Source of the DNA: Candidatus Thorarchaeota archaeon
Lineage (GTDB): Archaea > Asgardarchaeota > Thorarchaeia > Thorarchaeales > Thorarchaeaceae
Assembly (NCBI GenBank): GCA_963726195.1
Contig: CAVSBO010000004.1
Location: 96,001 to 160,000, forward strand
Reading direction: 5' to 3'
DNA: 64,000 bases
The translations under genes were made by a program, and so were the position numbers. This document shows positions 53,847-63,581 of the stretch, piece by piece. The notes beneath the pieces are model-generated. The model was not told the DNA's origin. It ran no database searches and saw only the letters and a program-made list of their open reading frames with translations. Position 1 is the first letter of the stretch, and every line of letters starts with the position of its first letter.

Positions 53847-55970
53847 ATGGACTCGTCCAGCATGGAGAAGCTCGTTAGAAGGAGCAGATTGCTCGATGCT
53901 GCGGGCAGGATTCTTCTTGATTCATTGAAGTGCGATACCTTGCGGGAAGTGGCATCATTGGGCCTTACTGCCATTGAGGATTTGGTCGGGAGCGAATTCG
54001 GATTCGTTGATGAGATAAACGCCCAAGGGACTCTCGATGCAATCGCTCTGGGTGGCATCGGCTGGGAAGCCTGTTCCCGAGAGCCGGAACGGGCAGGAAA
54101 GCAGCTGGCAGGTTTGCCAATAGGAGGCTACTGGAGCAAACCTGTTGTCACAGGAGAGCCGGTGCTGGTAAACAGCCCGAATTCATATCCGGAGGGACTC
54201 GGAATACCTGAAGGGCATCCTCCGATTGAGTGCTATCTCGGCGTGCCGATAAGATATGGAACAAGAATCGTCGGCCTTATAGGACTTGCCAACAAGCCAG
54301 GAGGATTCACACAGTCAGATGTTGAAGACGTGAACGAGTTATCCTTGTGGCTCGCAGACATCATCCTACGAAAGCATTTGGAGGATGGCAAAGAACAGGC
54401 CGTCCGGTACTATGAGGGCTTGTTTTCAAATGCCATAGTCGGCATCGCCCATTGCAGAGTCCTGACTGACGAGGCTGGCAATCCCGTTGACTATGAGTTC
54501 TTGGATGTAAACCACGCGTATGAAGTGCTCGGAGGGCTTGAGAAGGAGAAGATCATTGGGAAGAGGGTCACAGAGGTGCTTCCGGACATAGTGCACGATG
54601 ATTTCGACTGGATTGGCACTTACGGACGCGTCGCTCTCACTGGCGAACCAATGACGTTCGAGGCGCACTCTTCATCGTTGGACCAGTGGTATCTAGCAGC
54701 TGTATATAGCCCGAGGAAGTACGACTTCATTGCCTCTCTTGTGAACATCACTCGTGAACACCTTCTGCAGGCGGCACTGAGAGAAACTGAGACCTTGACC
54801 ACAGTTCTGTTTGAAAATGCACCAATTTCACTCTGGGAAGTGGATCTATCAAGCGTCAGGTCGAAGGTGGCCCAGGTGGAAAGCTCGTGTCAGGTGGACC
54901 TCGGGCGCTATTTGCAGGACCACCCCGGAGCCCTTGCCGGGCTCGTCTCTGACGCGTATGTGCGCAAGGTCAATGGGCGGACGCTGGAGCTTTTTGGCGC
55001 AGAAACCGAGCAGGATTTCCAGTTCCACCTGCCAGAAATCATCACTGACACGAATTTTTTCCTGACAATTGTTTCTGCTCTTGTCGGACCTGAGCGTGGA
55101 ATCACAACTCAAGGAGCCCTCAGGACTCTGCAGGGCAGGAACATCGAGGTCGGAGTCAAGGCAAAGGTTGTTCCGGGCTATGAAGCAACCTTAGGGAAAG
55201 TGATCATTTCTGTGACTGATGTGACAGCCCTGAGACAGGCCGACCAATGCGTGAAGGAGCGTACTGCGCAGCTGGAAAACGCCAACAACGAGATCGAGTC
55301 GTTCTCGTACTCTGTATCACACGATTTGAGGGCCCCGCTCCGAGCTATCGATGGTTTCAGCAGAGAGCTGCTCGAGGGCTATCGCGGTAGTCTGGACGAA
55401 AAGGGAGTCCACTACCTCGAGCGCGTAAGAGTGGCCGCTCAACGTATGGGCGTTATGATTGACGATCTCCTGAAGTTATCTCGGGTCACTCGGTCACAGA
55501 TGAACCGTGAGTGGGTGGACGTGACATCCATGGCCAATGAGATTGCCGAAGAACTTCGCCGCAGTGATGAGAACAGACATGTCGAGTTCGTCATAGCAAA
55601 TGACATTGTCGCAAACGCAGATAAGGAACTCCTCCGTGTTGTGTTGAACAACCTGATAGGAAATGCGTGGAAGTTCTCTGCGAAGTGTCCGCTTGCAAGA
55701 ATCGAAGTGGGAACGCTAAGAGAGGGTCCGAACACTGTGTATTTCGTGCGCGACAATGGTGTGGGCTTTGACATGCAATATGCAGACAAGCTGTTCATTG
55801 CGTTTCAGCGACTCCACACGCAGGAAGAGTTCGAGGGCACAGGGATTGGGCTGGCGACAGTGCGTCGCATCGTCAATCGGCACGGTGGGCGAGTCTGGGC
55901 TGAAAGCACTCCTGAGCAAGGAGCAACATTCTACTTCACAGTACTGACGGAGGAAGCCATGAATGTCTAG
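53847..55970 (+). CDS. GAF-PAS-PAS histidine kinase with bacterial phytochrome-type transmitter
   Basis: PEGHPPI..YLGVP GAF; YSVSHDLRAPLR; NAWKF; FQRLH; GTGIGL. Confidence 0.92.
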   Translation: MDSSSMEKLVRRSRLLDAAGRILLDSLKCDTLREVASLGLTAIEDLVGSEFGFVDEINAQGTLDAIALGGIGWEACSREPERAGKQLAGLPIGGYWSKPVVTGEPVLVNSPNSYPEGLGIPEGHPPIECYLGVPIRYGTRIVGLIGLANKPGGFTQSDVEDVNELSLWLADIILRKHLEDGKEQAVRYYEGLFSNAIVGIAHCRVLTDEAGNPVDYEFLDVNHAYEVLGGLEKEKIIGKRVTEVLPDIVHDDFDWIGTYGRVALTGEPMTFEAHSSSLDQWYLAAVYSPRKYDFIASLVNITREHLLQAALRETETLTTVLFENAPISLWEVDLSSVRSKVAQVESSCQVDLGRYLQDHPGALAGLVSDAYVRKVNGRTLELFGAETEQDFQFHLPEIITDTNFFLTIVSALVGPERGITTQGALRTLQGRNIEVGVKAKVVPGYEATLGKVIISVTDVTALRQADQCVKERTAQLENANNEIESFSYSVSHDLRAPLRAIDGFSRELLEGYRGSLDEKGVHYLERVRVAAQRMGVMIDDLLKLSRVTRSQMNREWVDVTSMANEIAEELRRSDENRHVEFVIANDIVANADKELLRVVLNNLIGNAWKFSAKCPLARIEVGTLREGPNTVYFVRDNGVGFDMQYADKLFIAFQRLHTQEEFEGTGIGLATVRRIVNRHGGRVWAESTPEQGATFYFTVLTEEAMNV

Positions 55971-56391
55971 TCGAAATGGGGACTTACTACTCGTTGAGGA
56001 TAATCCTGATGACGCGGAGCTCGCGATTGATGCCTTAGAGGGGGCGAAATTGCTAAACAGGATAGTGCGCGCTCACGACGGGGAAGAGGCTCTTCGATAT
56101 CTGTTTCAGGCGCCACTACACCCTCTTCCCGTTGTAGTGTTGCTGGACCTGAAAATGCCCAAAGTGAACGGTCTTGACGTACTGAAGCGTATCAGGTCTG
56201 AGAACAGGACAAGGACCCTGCCAGTTGTCATCGTGACCTCCTCCAAGGAGGATCGCGACATTCGTGCGTGTTATGACCTCGGAGTGAACAGCTACATTGT
56301 CAAGCCCGTGGACTTCGAACAGTTCGTATCATGTGTGAAGCAGCTCGGTCTATACTGGGTGGTCCTCAATACGGTACCGCCTGTCTCGTGA
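55963..56391 (+). CDS. Rcp1-type single-domain response regulator
   Basis: LLVEDNPDD, LLDLKMP, TSS, GVNSYIVKPVDF. Confidence 0.93.
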   Translation: MSSRNGDLLLVEDNPDDAELAIDALEGAKLLNRIVRAHDGEEALRYLFQAPLHPLPVVVLLDLKMPKVNGLDVLKRIRSENRTRTLPVVIVTSSKEDRDIRACYDLGVNSYIVKPVDFEQFVSCVKQLGLYWVVLNTVPPVS

Positions 56392-56403
56392 GGTGAGGTT
56401 CGG

Positions 56404-58312
56404 GTGCCAGTCCTTCGAGTACTCATAATAGAGGACTCAGAAGACGATGCAGACTTGATAGTTCTTGAATTAGAGGGAGCGGGGTGGCAGTTAGTCCACA
56501 AGCGCGTAGAAAGCAGTCAACAGATGTTGGCGAGCCTGAGAGAGAACGAATGGGATCTTGTGCTGTCTGACTATTCTATGCCCGGCTTCAGTGGGCTTCA
56601 AGCGCTTGACATCTGGAAGCAACAAGGCTCTGACGGGCCATTCATAATTGTTTCAGGGACGATTGGCGAGGAACAGGCCGTGGAGGCCGTGAAGTCTGGG
56701 GCGCACGACTACGTTCTGAAGAACAATCTCAGGAGGCTTGGTCCAGTTATTGACCGTGCTCTTCGGGATGTAGAAGGCAAGCGTCTGCGACTTGAGGCTG
56801 AGGGATCCTTACGCTCAACCATGGAACTGTTCAGAAAGACTCTCGATAGTCAGAGGGACGCAGTCTTCGTTCTAGACATCAACACTCCTCCAAGAATCCT
56901 AGAAGTCAATTCTCCCGCGACAGGGATTTTTGGCTACTCACGAGAGGAGCTCGTGGGGCAGTCCGTTAGCATTCTTCATGTTGACGAGGCAAGATACAGC
57001 AAGTTTCCGTTCGGTTGTCAGTCGCGATATGTGGGAACAAGGCTATTCTCAGCTTGAATTCAGTATGAAGAAGAAGGATCAAAGTTTCTTTCCGACCGAA
57101 CATGTGGTGACCCCAATTGTGGGCGAGGACGGGGTACAATCTGGATTTGTCAGTGTAGTACGCGATATAACTAGTCGAAAAGATTCTGAGAAGGCTTTGA
57201 GGGAGAGGGATGAGCTCTATCGTCTGACCATCGAGTCGACTGATGATGGCATAGCAGTTGTTGCCCTCGATGGTCACGTTCTTGAAGCGAACTCTCGTTT
57301 CATTCAAATGTGGGCGGTTCCGGAACCTGTACTCCAGAAAGGGGGCAATGAGCTGATCAGTCACATGACCAATAGGCTGGTGGCAGTCGAAGGTCTGACT
57401 TCCGAGGGATGGAGTCCCCTATTACCCGAGGATCTCGGCCCTTCACGTGATATCTTCCACCTGAAGGATGGTCGCATTCTTGAGGTCTATCAGGCACCTG
57501 TTGTGAGGGACGGAACAGCCATAGCGCAGCTCTGGATGTTTCACGATATCACCCAGTTGGAGAGAGCCCGACAATCTGCAGGGCTATACCTGGACCTCAT
57601 GTGTCATGACATCAGGAACAGACTCCAAGTGATTACCATGAATGTTGATCTCATGGGCATGCTCTTTGCGGGCTTGGATGTTTCCTCATATCTTTCTCAG
57701 ATACAGAGCGACGTTACCAGATGTGCAGAGTTGATCGGCAAGGCAAAACAAACTGAACGACTTGAGGAAGTTCCCCTACGATTGATATCGCTGTCCCAAG
57801 CTGTCAGAGAGAGCACAGCCTTGGTCCTTGGTCACTACAGTGATGTTGCAGTGGAGCTGTTTCTGGGGAACTCAGAAGCCTTCATTGAAGCTAACGAGTA
57901 CCTTACGGTGCTCTTGGCACAGCTTATGCAAAACGCTGTCATTCACAACCCGCGTGAGGCTAAGGCCATATGGATACGCCTTGACGAGCATCATGAAGAC
58001 TATGAGTTGTCAGTAGCTGATAACGGATCAGGAATCCCTGACAGTAGGAAGCAAAGCCTGTTTGATAGTAGCAGGAGGTATGGCGGTATCGGACTTCACC
58101 TGGCTCATCACATAATGGACAGATACGGAGGCAGAATTGCTGTCCGGGATCGTGTCGAAGGTGACCCGAGCCAAGGAGCGGATTTCTGGGTTTCCTTTCC
58201 AAAGCCCCATCGACATCAGGTCGACTTGGCCAACCGTATGCCCGGTGAGGGTATCGTGGATTCGTCCGGGACTGTTTCTAAGACTGGTGATTCACAGAGC
58301 ACAATAACATAG
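56404..58312 (+). CDS. REC-PAS-PAS hybrid histidine kinase, frameshift near 57005
   Basis: IIEDSEDD/SDYSMP REC domain; two PAS; LDLMCHDIRN; DNGSGI; GGIGL. Confidence 0.88.
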
Positions 58313-58639
58313 TTCCGATTGTAGGGGGGCTAGATTGCTCCCTCCTAACATGGACCTTCTCTCTGGCAGACAGTGAAAAGGCTCATACGCCGTGTGCTTA
58401 ATGAAACACTCGGCCTAGGATCGGCAGCAACCGCTTACTTACTTGAAACGGCCGTCCAGAACAACAGTATCTGTCGATTGAGACTGGTGACACACAATCG
58501 CACGCTTCGGATTCTGAGGGGTCATCTGGCATCACGTTTCGCCAAAGAGATAAGTCCAAAAGATGTGCAGTCTAGCCGGCTCTCGTTTGCATCCACAGGA
58601 CGGAGGTCACTAGGTACGACTGAGCGTGAGGCTGGGACT

Positions 58640-58732
58640 TGCGCCCCAAAATGCGCCTCAATGGCACGAAGGGGATCCAAGAAGGAGAAACAACCGTGAA
58701 GACAGAGTTGATGAGTGCGAACTACGCCGCTG
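58640..58732 (+). repeat. Right copy of the porD/porA junction (relic porD end plus intact porA start)
   Basis: CAPKCASMARRGSKKEKQP* vs CPSKCISMVRKGETKEEQQ*; GTGA overlap at 58696. Confidence 0.9.
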
Positions 58733-59874
58733 CACATGCGATAGTATCTGCGCGAGTAGAAGTAGTAGCAGCATACCCTATCACTCCCGCAACAACGGTC
58801 CCCGAGGAAGTCGCTCTCCTTAGTGAAGAGGGCCTGTACAAGGGCGAATTCATCCGCGTAGAGTCTGAACACTCTGCAATGTTTGCTTGCATTGGAGCCA
58901 GCTCCACAGGAGCTCGAGCCTTCACTGCGACGTCTTCTCAAGGCTTGCTGCTCATGCATGAGGCACTTCACTGGGCGGCAGCTGCAAGATTGCCAATCGT
59001 CCTAGCGAACGTCAATCGTTCTTTGTCACCGAGTTGGAACATACATGTGACCCATGACGATGCCTATTCACAGAGAGACACTGGTTGGATACAGTTTTAC
59101 ATATCCAGTGTCGATGAGTACTATCACACTATTATCCAAGCATTCAAACTTGCGGAAGACGAGAGAGTCCTGATGCCGGTGATGGTGAATGCCGATGGTT
59201 TTGTGCTGAGCCACACCGTATCCACGTTCGACTATCTTGAACCTGAGGAAGTTGACAAGTTTCTGCCTCCTTACAAGCCTCCCCACTGGGTCATGGACCC
59301 GAGCAACCCGGTGGCGCACGGCAACATAGTCTTTCCTGAATACTACCAAGAGTTCCGCTATGCGATGCATGAAGGCAGTCTGAATGCGTACAAGGTTTAC
59401 GCGGAGGTAGAGAAGGACTACAAGCGGCTGTTTGGCAAGTACTTCGGTGGTCCAATCGACTGCTACAAGTGCGAAGACGCGGATGTGTTGTTTGTCTCAC
59501 TTGGCACTATTGGTGCTGAAGCAAAGGATGCGATTGATCAGCTGAGAGACGAGGGTTACAGAGTTGGAAATGCACGGCTTAGGATGTTTCGCCCGTTCCC
59601 CGTAGCCAGAGCACGAGAGCTCGCAAAGAAAGCAAAGGCGTTTGCCTGTTTCGACAGAGGGCTGTCATACGGGTTTGGTGGTCCAGCAGCAGGCGACCTC
59701 CGCTCCTCCCTCTATGCCACCAAGTACCGTCCCATGATTAAGAGCTATATCGGAGGCTTCGGAGGTAGGGACGTTACAATCACTGATATCAAGGAGGTTA
59801 TCCTTGATACCTACAAGTCGTTGGAGTCTGGGAACCTAGGTCCTGAGGAGACCTGGCATGATTTGATGGAGTGA
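58696..59874 (+). CDS. porA: 2-oxoacid (pyruvate-type):ferredoxin oxidoreductase alpha subunit
   Basis: AAYPITP, VESEHSA, TATSSQGL, RDTGW, DGFVLSH. Confidence 0.92.
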   Translation: MKTELMSANYAAAHAIVSARVEVVAAYPITPATTVPEEVALLSEEGLYKGEFIRVESEHSAMFACIGASSTGARAFTATSSQGLLLMHEALHWAAAARLPIVLANVNRSLSPSWNIHVTHDDAYSQRDTGWIQFYISSVDEYYHTIIQAFKLAEDERVLMPVMVNADGFVLSHTVSTFDYLEPEEVDKFLPPYKPPHWVMDPSNPVAHGNIVFPEYYQEFRYAMHEGSLNAYKVYAEVEKDYKRLFGKYFGGPIDCYKCEDADVLFVSLGTIGAEAKDAIDQLRDEGYRVGNARLRMFRPFPVARARELAKKAKAFACFDRGLSYGFGGPAAGDLRSSLYATKYRPMIKSYIGGFGGRDVTITDIKEVILDTYKSLESGNLGPEETWHDLME

Positions 59875-59879
59875 GAATA

Positions 59880-60786
59880 ATGGTCACCGCGAAGGAAATG
59901 CCGCAACGGGAGTACGTGCTGAAGGGGAATGCTTCGTGTGCAGGATGCCAAGACATGGTAGCACTGAGAACACGCTCTCAAGGCCCTTGAGGGGGACGTC
60001 ATACAGGTTGTGCCTGCCTGTTGTACCAGTGTAGTACAGTCATTGTGGCCCAATGAGTGTTTGGATGTCCCGGTGCTGAACACCGCATTCATGGCCGCTG
60101 GAGCAACCGCCTCGGGCGTGAAGGCGGCTCTCAAAGTAAAGGGGCGTGACTCTACTCAGGTGATGGTGTGGGCAGGAGACGGTGGAACGTTCGACATTGG
60201 TATTCAGGCATTGAGTGGAGCATTCGAACGCAGGACAGACATACTCTATGTCTGTTACAACAACCAAGTCTATAGCAACACAGGTACGCAGCGCTCTGGA
60301 GCTACGCCACTGTACGCCCAGACCAGCACAACTTGGTACGGCAAGACTGAACCCGAAAAACTTCTCGACTTGATAATTGCAGCACACGAACCTGTGTATC
60401 AGGCGACTGCCGACACTGCATATCCACGCGACCTCTATGACAAGTTCAGAAAGGCCCGTGACATTCGAGGACCCAAGTTCATTCACATCTTTGTACCCTG
60501 CCCTCAAGCATGGAACTACCCCGTCGAAAAAGGTGCGGAGATAGGAAAGCTTGCAGTGGAAACCGGTTACTGGATACTCTGGGAGCGCGTGGGTGACAAG
60601 TTCGAACTTAGTCCAATCAGCAAGCGATACCAGGATCCTGCGAAGAGAAAGCCAATTGAGGAATTCCTCGAAATGCAGGGCCGGTTCTCAAGGCTGTTCA
60701 AGCCCACTCGTAACGAAGAGCGATTGGAGAAGTTTCGGGCTTTTGTCCAGCACAGATGGGACGTGACGCTGAAGACGCTTGCATGA
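59880..60786 (+). CDS. porB: 2-oxoacid:ferredoxin oxidoreductase beta subunit, frameshift near 59970
   Basis: GNASCAGC, GDGGTFDIG, YNNQVYSNTG.QRS, PCP. Confidence 0.92.
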
Positions 60787-60789
60787 GTA

Positions 60790-61416
60790 TCAGACACTGC
60801 CCGACTGCCGTGATTGTAGTATTAGATAGATAAGACCGGCCTCGTGTGCAGTAACTATGCGCTCTTCTCGGTCCATGCTTGGCTTCGATTCCGAGGGTAC
60901 AACGTATCGGCCCCTCATGCATTCTTCGGCGATGAGTCTAGAGACCCAAGACAAATCCAGTATGTATTGCCCGAAATCCAGATAGTCCAAGATCTTGAAG
61001 CACGTTTCAAAACTCAGTGCTTCGGCGAACCTCTCTCTGTCCTCCCCCAGTGTCTCCTTGTTCTTCTCTATGATTTGCACTATGGAGTCGAAGACCGGCT
61101 TTAGTTCGTCTGCAAGAGCCGTGTCAAAACCGGCCGCTCTCGCCCTGACCTTGAGCCTTCCTTCAAGAAGATTCAGACTCTCGACATATACCGTCTCTGG
61201 TGAGCGTGCCTGCTTGATAGTCGCCTTCGCCTTGTTTCTCACTGTGAGAAGCTCGGTCTGCAGTGCATCTCCTTTATCCTGTGATTTGGATACACGAGTA
61301 GAAATCTCACGCTTCTTGGTTGTCAGAGAATCTATGAAGCTCGCCAGATTGTCACTTGTTCCCTTTCCTCTTCTGCTCTTGAGCGTGTTTGAGTAGTGAG
61401 CGATTAATTCATCCAA
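60790..61416 (-). CDS. Hypothetical helical/coiled-coil protein
   Basis: 208-aa ORF; start overlaps the stop of the upstream gene. Confidence 0.7.
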   Translation of the reverse strand: MDELIAHYSNTLKSRRGKGTSDNLASFIDSLTTKKREISTRVSKSQDKGDALQTELLTVRNKAKATIKQARSPETVYVESLNLLEGRLKVRARAAGFDTALADELKPVFDSIVQIIEKNKETLGEDRERFAEALSFETCFKILDYLDFGQYILDLSWVSRLIAEECMRGRYVVPSESKPSMDREERIVTAHEAGLIYLILQSRQSGSV

Positions 61417-62326
61417 GAAGATCGAGAACCGTTCTTTGGCCTACGGACGCCGTATCATCTGTCTCTTTTCCTGAGAAGAAAGTGCAGCATCTTGCATCGG
61501 CTGATGTGGTCTCTAACAGGTTGAGGGCGGCTGATACCCTGCTCAGTACTCTCTTGTCGCCTACCATGGGCCAATCGAATGGCCTGTTGTGGGCGTCGCC
61601 TGAGATCATCTGTCGCAGAAGTCTCATGACATGGAATATCACTACGTAAGCCGCAGTGGCTCGTGTTAGCTGCTCTTTGTCTTGTCTGACTAGGCATACA
61701 TGGTCGTATGGCAACGAGGTTGAATCTATCAATATCAAAGAGATTGCGGCAGGGATTAGTCTTGATACTTGGGGGTCTTCGGTATCATACCCGCTCAGAA
61801 CGTTCCTTATGTCGAAATCCTGATAGTTGAGGCCCCTTTCCTTCATCTCAGCTCTAACGGCTGTGACAAACAGGTCCCTTGATTCATTGGATTGGAGCAG
61901 ACTCCTCATCAGAAAATCAATGGATTCCTTCCTGAGCTCATCAGCGCCTGCAGCGGAGCCAATCGTGTTTCGAGGGATTGCCGACAGCCAGATAATGGAC
62001 ACTGCGGCCTTCCTAGACTTTTCGTCCAGAGCTACTTGCGTGTCTGGCCAGTCTCTCGTCGAGGGTTTGAACCCAATCAGTTCGGGAATCTTCATGATCG
62101 ATTCTACGTGAGATTTCTCCGGGATTGCAGTTGACAAGAGGAATCTCTTGCTCTCGCGGAAGGCACGTTCCTCGTCGGGAAGCCGTTCTTGTGTCGTTGT
62201 CTTATGCCAAGATGTTTGCCATCGGGGTATCTCTTCTCTTGCTACTTCATCGATGATCTTTAGCGTCTGTGTGCGTCGTAGGTTGTCGACCAGAGTCTTT
62301 GCCACACATGTGAGATCTCCGCTCAA
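61409..62326 (-). CDS. Hypothetical alpha-helical protein
   Basis: 305-aa ORF in an apparent operon. Confidence 0.7.
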   Translation of the reverse strand: MSGDLTCVAKTLVDNLRRTQTLKIIDEVAREEIPRWQTSWHKTTTQERLPDEERAFRESKRFLLSTAIPEKSHVESIMKIPELIGFKPSTRDWPDTQVALDEKSRKAAVSIIWLSAIPRNTIGSAAGADELRKESIDFLMRSLLQSNESRDLFVTAVRAEMKERGLNYQDFDIRNVLSGYDTEDPQVSRLIPAAISLILIDSTSLPYDHVCLVRQDKEQLTRATAAYVVIFHVMRLLRQMISGDAHNRPFDWPMVGDKRVLSRVSAALNLLETTSADARCCTFFSGKETDDTASVGQRTVLDLLG

Positions 62327-62337
62327 TTGCAGGCCCC

Positions 62338-63541
62338 CTAGTAGATGAGCCCGATGATCTTGTTTCTAGAAGATTCATGGCCGAGTTCGGACAACATGAA
62401 CTCGCTGATTTCTATAATCGCTTCTTCTATGCTAACTTCCCTGTTGACTATTCCAAGACTGGAGAAGGTAAGTTCGGATAGACTCGGTGCTCACATCGAT
62501 ATCCTCGGGGCATTCGAGTCCCGTTTCCGAGTTCAGCTGAAGTATGTTGTCCAGCGTTCTATACTTGGCTTCTATTACTTTGCCGCTTGGGTATTTTCTG
62601 TTCCGTATGTATATCCTGTGCCTAGGCGTGACACCCTCCAGTTCTATGTCACCGATTAATGCTTCAAGACGAATAGGGAATGACTGTTCGAAAAAGGTAG
62701 GCCTGTCTCAGTTCCTCCAGTGGCATTGTCCTGCTGAGGCGGAGTGCAGCATCGATTTCAGCAGCACGCGACAGACTTCGTTGTTGGGTTTGTCGCGACA
62801 TGCTTCCCCATGTGGAGCCTGTTTGCTGGCTTACGATACCTGTGTCGGGCCTCTCTGGCAATGTTGCAGCGGCTGAGGATCGAGAGGGGTTCCTTCTGGT
62901 TCCACTGGTGAGGCCTTCATTGGCATGGAATGTACGCACGCCTTCAGGTCGGAAACTAGTCAAACTCGTCCCAAACATCTCGTTCTGACTGACCTCTATT
63001 AACACGGCATCCACGGAAGTGCGCTCATTCGAGATATAGAACAAGCCAGGCAGGAAAGGCGTAGAGGTTCATCGGCTCTATCTCGAGTTTCATGGATTGA
63101 TCTGGTCTCAGTTGATCGGGACCAGCTAGTTCCGGTCCTAGTTCCCGTTGTGACCCTGATGATTGAATCTGTTGACATTCTGAATCTTCAATGAGAGCCG
63201 GGCCAGGCATGACTTCTGTTTCGGATTCCGCGTCAGGAGCTGGTTGGTTCAAGTTCTATTATGCAGCCGGTATCTTCGGGTGAAAGCCATGGTCCGCCTT
63301 GGAGCCTGTGATATTCTCCGGATGACAGTGGCATCGAGAAGCCGACCCCCCTGAAATACGTCATGTCAGAGATACCAATGAGCCACTCGTCCTCAGGAAG
63401 GACGCTGTCTTGTATCTCCACAAGCTGAAGGGATTGCTTTTCTGATACGTACACTGCGACGACACGGTCTCCGGTTGAGTTCCCCCAACTTTCTCTACAG
63501 CGGGCTGATATATCCGAATCTGTGATGTGTTCTGGCGTCAC
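62338..63541 (-). CDS. Hypothetical protein (about 400 aa) broken by several frameshifts
   Basis: Overlapping ORFs 63233-63670, 63025-63252 and 62664-63044, plus manually read frames to TAG at 62338; start uncertain. Confidence 0.5.
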
Positions 63542-63581
63542 ATCGGAAGATTTATCTGCAAGATTCACAATCGTTAACAAC

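Larger units (their letters stand above)
47561..58639. mobile_element. 11.1-kb signalling island inserted between porD and porA; no recombinase gene
   Basis: Flanked by diverged 93-bp direct repeats; splits a translationally coupled operon; long intergenic gaps. Confidence 0.65.

Noticed and set aside
58373-58699. 108-aa ORF as a real gene, and the 58639 start for porA
   Set aside because: Only the last ~19 codons are meaningful, as the porD relic. porA most plausibly starts at GTG 58696.
4039-63541. About 25 frameshifts as programmed frameshifting or pseudogenisation
   Set aside because: They are scattered, hit core genes (nadE, porB, lpd-like), show no shared slippery motif and have intact flanking sequence. 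Long-read indel error is the simplest explanation.
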